Source: Ruminococcus sp. (lineage in GTDB: Bacteria > Bacillota > Clostridia > Oscillospirales > Ruminococcaceae). Taken from it: a stretch of 64,000 bases of DNA. The notes beneath the pieces are model-generated. The model made no database searches. It had not been told where the DNA came from and saw only the letters and a program-made list of their open reading frames with translations. Numbering within the stretch: position 1 is the first letter of the stretch; each line of letters opens with the position of its first letter. Positions 10,279 to 20,013 of this stretch are shown in pieces. The DNA lies in contig JAFXCR010000011.1 of the NCBI GenBank assembly GCA_017516465.1, positions 2,553 through 66,552 of the forward strand, written 5' to 3'. The translations under genes were made by a program, and so were the position numbers.

Positions 10279-10357
10279 GCAAAACATCACGAAGTTTGTA
10301 CAAAAGATGCCAGCAGATTTTGTACAAAGCCGTCAGGTGTGCTTTGTGCGGTGTTGC
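10279..10357. repeat. Palindromic REP/MITE-like intergenic element
   Basis: Inner inverted repeat tttgtacaaaa/ttttgtacaaa; right part 10325-10356 matches 26525-26556 at 29 of 32 positions. Confidence 0.55.
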
Positions 10358-10371
10358 CTTAATAAAAGCAT

Positions 10372-10399
10372 GGGCGTTCTTGAAAAAAGAACGCCCTTT
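10372..10399. terminator. Terminator between convergent genes
   Basis: gggcgttctt-gaaaa-aagaacgccc followed by ttt. Confidence 0.75.
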
Positions 10400-10408
10400 A
10401 TATTGATA

Positions 10409-11209
10409 TTATTCAGGAAATACAGAGGCAGGATCAATGAATTTTCCGTTGTGACGAAGTTCTATGTGAAGATGTGGAGAAACAGCACTTTCGATATCAG
10501 CTGTCTGTCCCACAACTCCTATAACTGTACCGCCTGATATTGTATCTCCTGGTTGAACGGAAAGCTCAGTTCCGAGACCGCAGTATTTTGATATATATCC
10601 ATTGTGGTGGTCAACGGTAACAGTAACGCCCCAGAGGGGATCGGTCTTGATTTCAGTGACTTCTCCGGATGAAATTGCAAAGACGTCTGCACCGACTTCT
10701 GAAGCAAAATCTGTGCCGTTGTGTGTCTGCCACGAGCCGGTAGTTTCATTTTTTACAAGCTCATTTCCGCTGAATGGTGCAAGAACATTTTCCGTGCTGG
10801 CAAGCGGAAGCTTTACATTTTCAAGTCTGATATTGTCAACAGGAGTAGCCTCATTTTTTTTGCTTGATTCCGTTTTGACATCCTGAACAGGTGGATCTGA
10901 AATAATAATTTCAGCAGCAGGAATAGTCACTCTTGGTACAGTAGTTGTAACAGCGGCACTTGTTGTGACTGGATAGGTCGTATAGACAGGCAGAGCCGTA
11001 GTGATTGCAGCCGTTGTTATTTTGGGGATTCCCGTAGATTTGTGGTCAACAGCAGCTTCAGGAACAGAAATTATATCATTTGCCGGTTTTTCCTTAAGCT
11101 TTTCTCCCTGATCGTAGGCGAAAAAGCAGGCAGAACCTATCATTACTGCACTTATTCCCAGAGCTGCATAAAAGCCCTTTGAGCCTTTTTTAATGTTATT
11201 GTCTTTCAC
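10409..11209 (-). CDS. M23 peptidase, SpoIIQ-like
   Basis: N-terminal TM helix, Thr-rich linker, intact HNGTD and HLH motifs; GTG start with GGAGG RBS. Confidence 0.8.
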   Translation of the reverse strand: MKDNNIKKGSKGFYAALGISAVMIGSACFFAYDQGEKLKEKPANDIISVPEAAVDHKSTGIPKITTAAITTALPVYTTYPVTTSAAVTTTVPRVTIPAAEIIISDPPVQDVKTESSKKNEATPVDNIRLENVKLPLASTENVLAPFSGNELVKNETTGSWQTHNGTDFASEVGADVFAISSGEVTEIKTDPLWGVTVTVDHHNGYISKYCGLGTELSVQPGDTISGGTVIGVVGQTADIESAVSPHLHIELRHNGKFIDPASVFPE

Positions 11210-11226
11210 ATTAACACCTCCAAGCT

Positions 11227-11255
11227 TATTATTGACAGCGAAGGTAAAATTATAC
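11227..11255 (-). promoter_or_regulatory. Possible forespore (sigma-F/G-type) promoter
   Basis: GTATA-N16-CAATAATA upstream of the SpoIIQ-like gene; compared with recalled B. subtilis consensus. Confidence 0.3.
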
Positions 11256-11264
11256 GACTTAATT

Positions 11265-11300
11265 AAAAAACACCGTACAATTCAATTAAATGTACGGTGT
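11265..11300 (-). terminator. Terminator after pbp2
   Basis: acaccgtaca...tgtacggtgt stem plus T tract on the minus strand. Confidence 0.75.
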
Positions 11301-11305
11301 TGTCT

Positions 11306-13588
11306 TTATTCTGTCTGAGTATTCTGTGGAATGTCAGGTTCTGTGGGAGTTTCCGGAGGTGGAGCTGTTGTTGTAATTTGTGCCGTAGAATTTGTAGGAG
11401 CTTCAGTCTGAGGAACTGTTGTCGGAGGAGCTGTAACAACCGGAACAGTTTGTGAAGGTGCGGAAGCTGTCGGAGCTACCGTAGTAGTTGTCAAAGTACT
11501 TCCGGATGTGGTAGTTGTTTCTGAACCGGATGTAGTTGTTGTACCTGACTGCAGCGGACGTTCTTCTTCGGGGAGCTTCTGATTTTTAGGAGCAACACCG
11601 TTAAGACCGTAGCATTCCTGATAAGCAAGGAGGATATCACGGATCATATATTTTGAATATTCACCGTGTTCAATAACGCCTGCAAAAGCAACCTCCGGAT
11701 TATCAGCGGGAGCGAATCCGATAAAGAACGAATTCTGATCATTTAGATCAACTCCGACCTGAGGAGTACCAGTCTTGATAGCGACATCAAAACCGAGATT
11801 TGAGAGTGAATACTGTGCCGGCATATTTTTTGAAGCGTCAATCATGCCTTCGATGATATATTTGTAGCCGTGTTCATAGCTCAGGTTTATTGTTTCAGCA
11901 ATTGTAGGCTGAGTCTTTGATATAAGTTCACCGGAGCCGTATTTGTAAAGACTATCCACGAGATATGGCTGATATCTAACGCCGTGATTAGCTATCGTAG
12001 CAGCAACGACAGCCATCTGTAAGGGCGTCATACCGCTGTCCTGATTTCCGATACCAGCCTGAATTACATAACCGATATACCACGGAATACCGTTTTCAGC
12101 AAAAGTTTCCGGGTTACAGAGATATCCGCCGGCGTCGCCTGTTTCGATACCGGTAGAGGAACCGAGTCCATATAATTCTGCGTATTCAGTTATTTTGTCG
12201 ATACCAAGCTGACGTGAAAGCTCGTAGAAGAATATATTGCAAGATACTTCGATTGCGTGTTTAACGGAAATATGATTATGATAACCGGTACAGCTGTACT
12301 TTGAGCCATAGAATTCAAATGAATCTTTGCCATGACAAACGAATTCTGATTCACTGTTGATAAGACCTTCTGCAAGACCAGCAGTAGCTGTAATTGTCTT
12401 GAACGTAGAGCCGGGACGGTAGAGTCCGTAGGTGCAGCGGTTCACAAGAGGGGAGTTCTCAGCAGTGAGGAAGTAATCGTAATTTTCAATATAGTCCTTG
12501 AGGTTGTACGTCGGAGCGTTCGCAAATCCTTTTACAGCTCCGGTTTTAACATCTATAACGGCGATAGCACCACATTTTCCGTCAAGTATATGTGGTTTCG
12601 GGTTGATAGAAGGAAAGTTCTCAACGAATTTGTCAAGAATCCCCTGAAGCTTAAGCTGGAAATTTCCGTCAACAGTAAGCTTTACGGAGGCACCAGATTC
12701 GGTGTGTGTTATTGTCTGGATATCGATAACGTTATCATCCTGAAAGATAACCTTTTCTTCACCGTTGACGCCACGAAGTTCCTTTTCCATAGCCTTTTCA
12801 ATGCCGTTTTTCCCGAGTGTATCATTGAGCGAGTAGCCATGATTCTGGAGCGTTTCGTATTCTTCGGCGTAGATGGGGCCGACAGTACCTATTTCGTGAG
12901 GAAGGATATCTCCTCGTTCTATGCGTCGTTCAGAAACCTCAACAGCATCTATGCCTTTATAGAAGTTGCTGAGTTCCTTCATCTGTATTACTGTATCAGG
13001 ATCAACATCCTCTGCGAGAGTAATATCGAATTCATATGAAAAATCCTTGACAATCATTTCGTATCGCATACCAGCGATAATTCTTTTTTCCTCATCGGAA
13101 TAATCGTCGCTGATGCTGTAATCTGAAATTAGCTTGTCGATGCAGTTTTCAGCAGAGGCATATACATTCAAATTCAGACTTGAAATAAGTTCTTCTGTTT
13201 CGTCGGAAGTAAACATATACGGAGCAGTTTTGGATATCGGAATACTTTCCTTGAACTCGTAATTGTGTTCTTTAAGACCGTTGTATATACCGAGAAGTGC
13301 CTTGTTTCCTTCCTGAATATCTTCCGGAAAGAAAGCTTTTCTCAGTACAAGGTCAACACGGGAATCATTTGTAACGAGAATATTTCCGTTGTAATCCATG
13401 ATATTTCCACGGGTTGCTTTGACACTTCTTATATAAGAGCGTGTATTATCTGATTCTATCACTGGTGTCTTGATTGATTCATCGCCTACCACCTGAATTT
13501 CCATCAGTCTGAGTCCGCTGAAAAGAGTCAGTGAAACAACCAGAAGAACGATCAGTGCAGATTTCAGATTTTCAGTTAGTCCTTTCAT
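11306..13588 (-). CDS. mrdA: Class B penicillin-binding protein (PBP2/MrdA-like) with Thr/Pro-rich C-terminal tail
   Basis: PGSTFK, SCN and KTGT transpeptidase motifs; dimerization domain; directly downstream of mreBCD. Confidence 0.85.
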   Translation of the reverse strand: MKGLTENLKSALIVLLVVSLTLFSGLRLMEIQVVGDESIKTPVIESDNTRSYIRSVKATRGNIMDYNGNILVTNDSRVDLVLRKAFFPEDIQEGNKALLGIYNGLKEHNYEFKESIPISKTAPYMFTSDETEELISSLNLNVYASAENCIDKLISDYSISDDYSDEEKRIIAGMRYEMIVKDFSYEFDITLAEDVDPDTVIQMKELSNFYKGIDAVEVSERRIERGDILPHEIGTVGPIYAEEYETLQNHGYSLNDTLGKNGIEKAMEKELRGVNGEEKVIFQDDNVIDIQTITHTESGASVKLTVDGNFQLKLQGILDKFVENFPSINPKPHILDGKCGAIAVIDVKTGAVKGFANAPTYNLKDYIENYDYFLTAENSPLVNRCTYGLYRPGSTFKTITATAGLAEGLINSESEFVCHGKDSFEFYGSKYSCTGYHNHISVKHAIEVSCNIFFYELSRQLGIDKITEYAELYGLGSSTGIETGDAGGYLCNPETFAENGIPWYIGYVIQAGIGNQDSGMTPLQMAVVAATIANHGVRYQPYLVDSLYKYGSGELISKTQPTIAETINLSYEHGYKYIIEGMIDASKNMPAQYSLSNLGFDVAIKTGTPQVGVDLNDQNSFFIGFAPADNPEVAFAGVIEHGEYSKYMIRDILLAYQECYGLNGVAPKNQKLPEEERPLQSGTTTTSGSETTTTSGSTLTTTTVAPTASAPSQTVPVVTAPPTTVPQTEAPTNSTAQITTTAPPPETPTEPDIPQNTQTE

Positions 13589-13610
13589 AAATTCTCCTTT
13601 TAAGACATAT

Positions 13611-13651
13611 TAAGGCAATTCCGTACAGGAGAGCCATACGATATTGCCTTA
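13611..13651. other. Intergenic stem-loop between mreD and pbp2 (attenuating or RNA-processing hairpin)
   Basis: taaggcaat...attgcctta outer stem with inner cgta/tacg pairing. Confidence 0.4.
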
Positions 13652-13657
13652 GTTGTT

Positions 13658-14221
13658 CTACTGTGATTTTGTTGTAATAACTTCTTCGATGCTTAAGTGA
13701 TTCTTAGGCATAAAGAAGCGGTTTACCAGACGTATAAGAAGATATACAATAACTGATGAAATTACTGTATACAACCATATTTTCAGTGTATAACGAGTAA
13801 ATATACGCTGAACATTATCATAATTCCACATCTGATAATAGAATTTGTAATCAAGCCAGCACTGTAAGAAGGATGATGCAGCAGTGATTAAAATATAGTT
13901 GGCGAATTTATTTCTCAGATAAAGCTCGTGGAGCAGAGAAATTACAATGCAGAAGAAGGCGATAATGACTGCATTGTAGCCAAAGAGCTTTTCGCAGGCG
14001 ATATCGACAAGAAATCCGCAGATTGCTCCTGTAAAGACGGAACCGTACTGATTGTTATCGACAGCAATAGCCAGTGCGATTGGAAGAAGGATAACGGGCT
14101 TAAGCCATGTACCCGTAGTCATGTAGATGTATCCGATAAAGATCAGCAGATAGTATATAAACCATCGTAAAACCGTCTTGATGTAAAGGATACGCTGTTC
14201 ACGGGTGGTACGCAGCCTCAT
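13658..14221 (-). CDS. mreD: Rod shape-determining protein MreD
   Basis: Multi-TM ORF with GAICGFLVDI motif, overlapping the mreC stop. Confidence 0.85.
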   Translation of the reverse strand: MRLRTTREQRILYIKTVLRWFIYYLLIFIGYIYMTTGTWLKPVILLPIALAIAVDNNQYGSVFTGAICGFLVDIACEKLFGYNAVIIAFFCIVISLLHELYLRNKFANYILITAASSFLQCWLDYKFYYQMWNYDNVQRIFTRYTLKIWLYTVISSVIVYLLIRLVNRFFMPKNHLSIEEVITTKSQ

Positions 14222-15075
14222 TCAGACTCCTCCTTTTTGCCGGTGAAATCTGTAATGACGATAACTGAGGTCAAACGTGTAATATCTGCACAAGGCTCAA
14301 TCACAGAGCACATAGATAGTCCGCTGACGTCATATTCCATTTCTCTTACTATGCCGATAGGATAATCCTTTGGGAAAAGACCGCTGTTGCCGGCGGTAAT
14401 CATCATAGAGCCAGGTTTGATCTTGTTTTCTGTGGTAACATGGGAAATCTTGGTGCAGCCTTCTTCTGCCGCAATGATATCACCCTCGATTATTCCTGAA
14501 TCCGCCAGCGAAGCAGAGCAGACAGCAGCTACTGAGAGGTCAGGGGAAAGTATCGTTCTTACGGTGGTGACATTCTCTGAGACTTCAACAGTAATTCCGA
14601 CAAGTCCCTCAGCCGTTGCCACGGGACAGTTAGGCTTGATACCGTCAGCCTTGCCTTTGTCTATTGTAAATGATCTGAAGGGATCATTCGTGGTATATCC
14701 TATAACGCTGCAAGGAACACTGAGAACATAATCCTCATGTTCTTCCTTGATGCTTACGAATTTTCTGAGTTCTTCGACTTCTGCCTTAAGGGCATCGTAT
14801 TCAGTGAGCTGCTTGTTGAGTTCACCGATCTGAACCTTAAGACGCTTGTTTTCCTCGTAGTATTCATCAGCTTTGGTAACTTTATCAAGATTACCTTCAA
14901 TTTTCATGCCGATGCTATTGGACGCTGAACGGAACGGTTTAGTAATAGTCTGTATAAAAGACGCTCCGGATAATGAATAGCCGCCCTTCGTAACAGCATA
15001 AATCATTATGCCTATAAGAAAGGCAAGAAAAGCGAGGAGAACCTTGAATCTGGTGCTTTTTATAAAGTCACGCAT
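14218..15075 (-). CDS. mreC: Rod shape-determining protein MreC
   Basis: TM helix plus coiled coil, TIDKGKADGI, GLVG, SGLFPKDYPIG. Confidence 0.92.
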   Translation of the reverse strand: MRDFIKSTRFKVLLAFLAFLIGIMIYAVTKGGYSLSGASFIQTITKPFRSASNSIGMKIEGNLDKVTKADEYYEENKRLKVQIGELNKQLTEYDALKAEVEELRKFVSIKEEHEDYVLSVPCSVIGYTTNDPFRSFTIDKGKADGIKPNCPVATAEGLVGITVEVSENVTTVRTILSPDLSVAAVCSASLADSGIIEGDIIAAEEGCTKISHVTTENKIKPGSMMITAGNSGLFPKDYPIGIVREMEYDVSGLSMCSVIEPCADITRLTSVIVITDFTGKKEESE

Positions 15076-15087
15076 GGAGTCTCCTCC

Positions 15088-16104
15088 TTAATAGTATTTG
15101 ACATTTTCGGTGAGAGCATCCTGATAAACATTGATATTCTCAAGAATCTTTCCCGTACCCTCAGCCACGCAGTCGAGAGGGTATTCGGCTATATAGACTG
15201 GCATACCAGTTTCCCTGTTGATGAGCTTGTCAAGTCCACGGAGAAGCGCACCGCCTCCGGCGAGGGTAATTCCGTGATCTATGATATCAGAGGAGAGCTC
15301 AGGAGGAGTTTCCTCCAATGTAGACTTTATAGCGTCGATAACACGATACAGGGGTTCTACAAGTGCGTCACGAATTTCAGATGAGCTAACAGTAATATTT
15401 TCCGGCAGACCGTTGAGAAGATTTCTTCCCTTGATTTCCATAGTATCTTCTTTTTCGCTCGGAAAAGCGGAGCCTATTTCAAGCTTGATATTTTCCGCAG
15501 ATCTTTCGCCGATAAGGAGATTATATTTCTTTTTGATATAATTTATAATAGCGTTATCGAATTCGTCACCGGCACATCTTACAGAACGTGCTGCAACTAT
15601 ACCGCCAAGAGATATGACAGCAACTTCGCTTGTGCCGCCGCCTATATCAACGATCATGCTGCCGGCAGGTTCGTTGGTAGGAAGACCTGCACCGATAGCG
15701 GCTGCCATAGGTTCTTCGATAATAAGGACGTTGTTTGCTCCGGCTTTTTTGCAGGCTTCACGGACAGCACGTCTTTCAACGGCGGTAACTCCCGAGGGAA
15801 TACAGATAATAACATTAGCCTTTGTAAAGATTGTTCCCCTTAGAGCCTTTTTTATGAATTCCTGAAGCATTGTAGTAGCGATGTCAAAATCTGCAATAAC
15901 GCCGTCCTTAAGAGGTCTTACTGCGACAATAGAGCCGGGGGTTCTTCCGATTACATCCTTTGCTTCTTTGCCGACATAGCGGCACTTGTCAGTTCTTGTG
16001 TTTACAGCCACAACAGAAGGCTCTCTGAGGATAATGCCTTTTCCGCGGACATAAACGAGGGTATTTGCGGTACCCAGATCAATACCAATATCTTTTGTAA
16101 ACAT
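15088..16104 (-). CDS. mreB: Rod shape-determining actin homolog MreB
   Basis: [54 protein letters not shown]. Confidence 0.97.
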   Translation of the reverse strand: MFTKDIGIDLGTANTLVYVRGKGIILREPSVVAVNTRTDKCRYVGKEAKDVIGRTPGSIVAVRPLKDGVIADFDIATTMLQEFIKKALRGTIFTKANVIICIPSGVTAVERRAVREACKKAGANNVLIIEEPMAAAIGAGLPTNEPAGSMIVDIGGGTSEVAVISLGGIVAARSVRCAGDEFDNAIINYIKKKYNLLIGERSAENIKLEIGSAFPSEKEDTMEIKGRNLLNGLPENITVSSSEIRDALVEPLYRVIDAIKSTLEETPPELSSDIIDHGITLAGGGALLRGLDKLINRETGMPVYIAEYPLDCVAEGTGKILENINVYQDALTENVKYY

Positions 16105-16183
16105 TCTGGTGCTCCTTAACGTTGTGTATTACCGCAGTATGAAAACAGCGGTATCATGTCTGTGAAATATGATAATTCAATTT

Positions 16184-16447
16184 TTATTTACCTGTAAAAA
16201 GCTTAGGTGCAGACTTATAGTAAACAAAGATAGCAATAAGGATACAGAATACCTGTGCAACATTAGCTTTTATGTAGAAACCGAAGTTCATTTTAAAGAC
16301 GCTTGTATCAACAACATCTCCGTTCCGCATAAACTGAAAGATCTTTTCATAGCCGAGGAAGGACAGCGGACCGGTAACAGCATTACCGATAAGACCACCG
16401 AAGATAATAGCTGCAATAATAAGCAGAAGCATATAGATTTTTTTCAT
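16184..16447 (-). CDS. Small membrane protein (DUF4321-like)
   Basis: 87 aa with two hydrophobic segments and a GGAGA RBS. Confidence 0.7.
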   Translation of the reverse strand: MKKIYMLLLIIAAIIFGGLIGNAVTGPLSFLGYEKIFQFMRNGDVVDTSVFKMNFGFYIKANVAQVFCILIAIFVYYKSAPKLFTGK

Positions 16448-16468
16448 TTTTAGTCTCCGTTCTTTTAA

Positions 16469-16909
16469 TTATTTTATTCCAGATGAGCCGAATCCGTTTT
16501 CACCTCGCTGTGTATCTGAGAGTGATTCGCTTATCTGTATTTCGGGTATAATAATTCGTGTAGGAATCAGCTGTGCGATTCTCATGCCGTGTTCTATGGT
16601 GAAGGGTTCAGTTCCGTGATTGATAAGCGGAATAAACCATGCACCACGATAATCGCTGTCAACGACGCCGACACAGTTAGCGAGTGAGATTCCGAATTTT
16701 GTTGAAAGTCCGGAACGGGGATAGATAAGGAGTGCAATGTCGTCCTCATCCGGTTCAGCTGTAATTCCTGCAGGGACAGGCTTTATTTCTCCGGGAGCGA
16801 GCGTTACAGGCTCGTCAAGGCAGGCGAATATATCAAGACCTGCACTTCCGACAGTAGCTCTGCAAGGAATAATAGCTTTTTCGTCAAGTTTTTTAAAAGT
16901 AAGCTTCAT
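16469..16909 (-). CDS. dut: dUTP diphosphatase
   Basis: SAGLDI, PRSGL, GVVDSDYRG, RIAQL and RGENGFGSSG; start at MKLTF. Confidence 0.95.
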   Translation of the reverse strand: MKLTFKKLDEKAIIPCRATVGSAGLDIFACLDEPVTLAPGEIKPVPAGITAEPDEDDIALLIYPRSGLSTKFGISLANCVGVVDSDYRGAWFIPLINHGTEPFTIEHGMRIAQLIPTRIIIPEIQISESLSDTQRGENGFGSSGIK

Positions 16910-16910
16910 A

Positions 16911-18941
16911 TCAGATACCTCTGTAATACAGACCGTGTGTAAGTTTACCATCCGGACGACCACCGGAAAGTATACTGCGTGTCTGTTCTTCATTTTCGTT
17001 GGCGAGCATCACGATACCGAAGCTGACTCCTTCCGGAAGCTGCTTGTCAGTCATGCACAGTACATCAGGATTCAGAATTTCAGTGTAATCCTTTGAGCAT
17101 ATCACAGGGAAGCTTTTTCCCATGCGGTCAGTAAGCTTACGAGTACAGTTTTTGCATCCAATCTCGTTTTTTATGGGACAATTCCGTGTGAGCATCAGTG
17201 GAAGATGTCCGTATACAGCCGTACCGAGTGGAAGTGATGTTCTTATATTGTCAAGGCGTGAGAGCTTTGTTTCAAAGGAGAATACGCAGTCCTCAAGCCC
17301 AAGGTTTCTCAGATTTTCCGCCGCATATGAATTGCATACATTAAGCGTACTGCTTCCATGCAGCCTGAATCCGATTTTTTTTCCGATAGCTATGGAATCA
17401 GGGGTATGGCAGAAAATGCGGTCAAATCCAGCGGTTTTAAGTTCCATGAGATCGGAAATAAGTTTTTCTTCACTGGAAATAAATCTCGGCGGCGATATTA
17501 TAAGCCTGTCAGGAGCTACCATTGAGGTGATACTATCATTTATCAGTTCCATTGGAACAATAATGTATTCAGAAAAATCCGTTGCTGCCTTTACCTGTTC
17601 CTCAGTGCGGCACAATGTACGCAGAGGAAGAGGATTTATCATAGATTGAGTTGATGTTTCAGGCAGTTCTGGTAAATTATGGGTTATAGTGTAAGCAGGA
17701 GTAAATTTCTCTGTTACAAGCTGAGTAAGCTTTTCAGTAAGATTTCTTCGCAGTTCGTTCAGTTTTCCGGCACGAACCATAAGCTTCGGACCGATGTTAG
17801 ATGAAATTTTACCTGCAAAGAAAACAGTATCACCCAACTTTGACAGCTGTTTTTTTACAGCTTCATGATCAGTAGGACGAGTCAGAGCCTTTTCAGGGAC
17901 ATCTCCACTGACTGATGCAGTGATGCCGAGACAATCAGCAGTAATCGTGACAGGCTTGTTTTCGTGGATTTCCACATGGAAATCGACCTTATGAACGTGC
18001 CTTTCCGAGCGGTAAAGCTCATGAAGTGCAGGAATAACAGTTCGTGCAGAAATAACATCATCTTTCTCACGCTTACCGAACATATCAGTTCTGTTTCCGG
18101 TGAAGTAGCCGTCTGTAAAACCGTCTCTTGAGAAGATATCCCTCAGGAGCTTCATATCCGGTTGATCTCCGCCAATAGCTTTTTTCAGTTCATAAACAGC
18201 AGCAGCGACGTATTCCGGACGTTTCATTCTGCCTTCTATCTTTAAAGAATCAACGCCGGATTCAGCCAGTTCAGCGGCATTCTTAAGCAGAGAGAGATCT
18301 TTCAGAGAAAGCACGCAGGAATTTTTATTGCCGGCTGACGAAAAGGGGAGACGACACGCCTGACCGCAGCACCCACGGTTTGCAGAGCGACCGCCCATCA
18401 TTGCTGACATATAGCACTGACCTGATACTGACATACATAATGCTCCATGAACGAAAATTTCCGTTTCAGTAGTACCGGAGCAAATTTTTTTAATTGTATG
18501 ACGATCAAGCTCACGGGCAGGTACGACTCTTGAAAAGCCGAGTTCTCCGAGCATCTGAGTACCGATAGCGGTGTGAACTGACATCTGTGTTGAAGCATGG
18601 ATAACAGCGTCAGGAACAGCTGTTTTTATAAGGTCGAAGCAGCCCCAGTCCTGAACGATAAATGCGTCGATACCGATAGAGGCTGTAAATTTTACAAAAT
18701 CACAGAAATCCGCTGCTTCGTCATCGGTAATTATTGTATTTACAGCAATGTACAGCTTTGCACCGTATTTGTGGCATAATAGTGCAGCTTCTTTCAGTTC
18801 TTCGTCAGTTAGACCGGCAGCCTGACTGTTGCGGGCAGAAAAACGCTTTCCTCCTACATAGACTGCGTCAGCTCCAGAACGCAGAGCAGCTGTCAGAGCG
18901 TCCATGCTTCCGGCAGGAGCGAGGATCTCAGGAATTTTCAT
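16911..18941 (-). CDS. U32-family protein with C-terminal extension (RlhA-like rRNA hydroxylase)
   Basis: EILAPAGS, EIFVHGALC, SGQCYMS, NRGCCGQACR, LKIEGRMK. Confidence 0.88.
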   Translation of the reverse strand: MKIPEILAPAGSMDALTAALRSGADAVYVGGKRFSARNSQAAGLTDEELKEAALLCHKYGAKLYIAVNTIITDDEAADFCDFVKFTASIGIDAFIVQDWGCFDLIKTAVPDAVIHASTQMSVHTAIGTQMLGELGFSRVVPARELDRHTIKKICSGTTETEIFVHGALCMSVSGQCYMSAMMGGRSANRGCCGQACRLPFSSAGNKNSCVLSLKDLSLLKNAAELAESGVDSLKIEGRMKRPEYVAAAVYELKKAIGGDQPDMKLLRDIFSRDGFTDGYFTGNRTDMFGKREKDDVISARTVIPALHELYRSERHVHKVDFHVEIHENKPVTITADCLGITASVSGDVPEKALTRPTDHEAVKKQLSKLGDTVFFAGKISSNIGPKLMVRAGKLNELRRNLTEKLTQLVTEKFTPAYTITHNLPELPETSTQSMINPLPLRTLCRTEEQVKAATDFSEYIIVPMELINDSITSMVAPDRLIISPPRFISSEEKLISDLMELKTAGFDRIFCHTPDSIAIGKKIGFRLHGSSTLNVCNSYAAENLRNLGLEDCVFSFETKLSRLDNIRTSLPLGTAVYGHLPLMLTRNCPIKNEIGCKNCTRKLTDRMGKSFPVICSKDYTEILNPDVLCMTDKQLPEGVSFGIVMLANENEEQTRSILSGGRPDGKLTHGLYYRGI

Positions 18942-19306
18942 CAGATACTGTCCTTAAGTTGTTTGAGTTTGACCATATTTTCAAGCTGTTCGATTTTTGA
19001 TTTCAGAACTTCAATTTCCTTCTGAGCCGCATCACGTTCTACGCGATTTTTTCCAGCTTCATCCACATATTGCTTTGTCTGCTCACGGATGCCGTCAAGC
19101 TTCTGATTTGCCTTGTTGAGGTCATCAAGAAGACTGAGGGCGACCATTATGGAAGCTCCGTAGGGAGAAGAACCGCTTCCGGAGTTGATTATTTCGTTAA
19201 TTTTTGCTTCAAGTACTCTACCGAGAGAGAAAACGTAATTAGGTGATTCAGAGGTTTTCAGTCTGTATTCCTTGCCGCAGATATTGACTTTAACATCATT
19301 AAGCAT
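18941..19306 (-). CDS. zapA: Cell division protein ZapA
   Basis: VKVNICGKEYRL N-terminus and C-terminal coiled coil. Confidence 0.85.
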   Translation of the reverse strand: MLNDVKVNICGKEYRLKTSESPNYVFSLGRVLEAKINEIINSGSGSSPYGASIMVALSLLDDLNKANQKLDGIREQTKQYVDEAGKNRVERDAAQKEIEVLKSKIEQLENMVKLKQLKDSI

Positions 19307-19420
19307 TTTTTATTTTCCTTTCTGGGCATAATTGCTCCAACTTATATTATACAACATTTTACAGGAATATGGAATAGTTTTTTTGAAATTTCTTGAGTTT
19401 TAAATTTTCAGAGTTTTTTA

Positions 19421-20002
19421 TCAGTAATATCTCTTAAGACCTATCACTTTGCCGAGGATTTCAACCTCATCAACGATAATTGGCTCCATAGTATCATTTT
19501 CAGGCTGAAGTCTGAAATGACCATCCTCCTTGTAGAAACGCTTTACCGTAGCGTCACTTCTATCGATGAAGGCAACAACGATATCTCCGTTTTCAGCGTA
19601 TGCACAACGCTGAACGATAACGATATCACCGTCAAGAATACCAGCGTTTATCATGCTTTCTCCTCTGATAGTGAGTGCAAAAAGCTCATTTGGATCACAG
19701 TGAGATGCTTCAAAGCCTATATATCCTGTAACATCCTCGATAGCTGTGATCGGCTGACCGGCTGTAACAGTTCCGATAATCGGAACTGACACTGAACCGC
19801 TGTTCGGCAGACGAAGGGCACGGTTGAGATTATCCTTTTTTTCGATAAGTCCTTCGTTGCGGAGTATTTCAATATATCTGTGAGCAGTTGAGGTGGACTT
19901 GAAGCCCATGTGATCCATAATTTCTCTTACTGATGGTGAATAGCCCTCACTGAGACGTTTTTTTATAAAATTAAAAACTTCAATTTTCTTATCGCTGATC
20001 AT
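19421..20002 (-). CDS. lexA: SOS repressor LexA
   Basis: PSVREI winged helix, TAG cleavage site, GESM (catalytic Ser) and TVKRF (catalytic Lys). Confidence 0.93.
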   Translation of the reverse strand: MISDKKIEVFNFIKKRLSEGYSPSVREIMDHMGFKSTSTAHRYIEILRNEGLIEKKDNLNRALRLPNSGSVSVPIIGTVTAGQPITAIEDVTGYIGFEASHCDPNELFALTIRGESMINAGILDGDIVIVQRCAYAENGDIVVAFIDRSDATVKRFYKEDGHFRLQPENDTMEPIIVDEVEILGKVIGLKRYY

Positions 20003-20013
20003 AATAATACTCC

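Noticed and set aside
10372-10399. Shared GGGCGTTC/GAACGCCC stems at 10372 and 33286 as a repeat family
   Set aside because: Only 8-10 bp of similarity, and both are adequately explained as terminators between convergent genes
19307-19420. SOS (Cheo) boxes near lexA/zapA
   Set aside because: No GAAC-N4-GTTC or close variant seen
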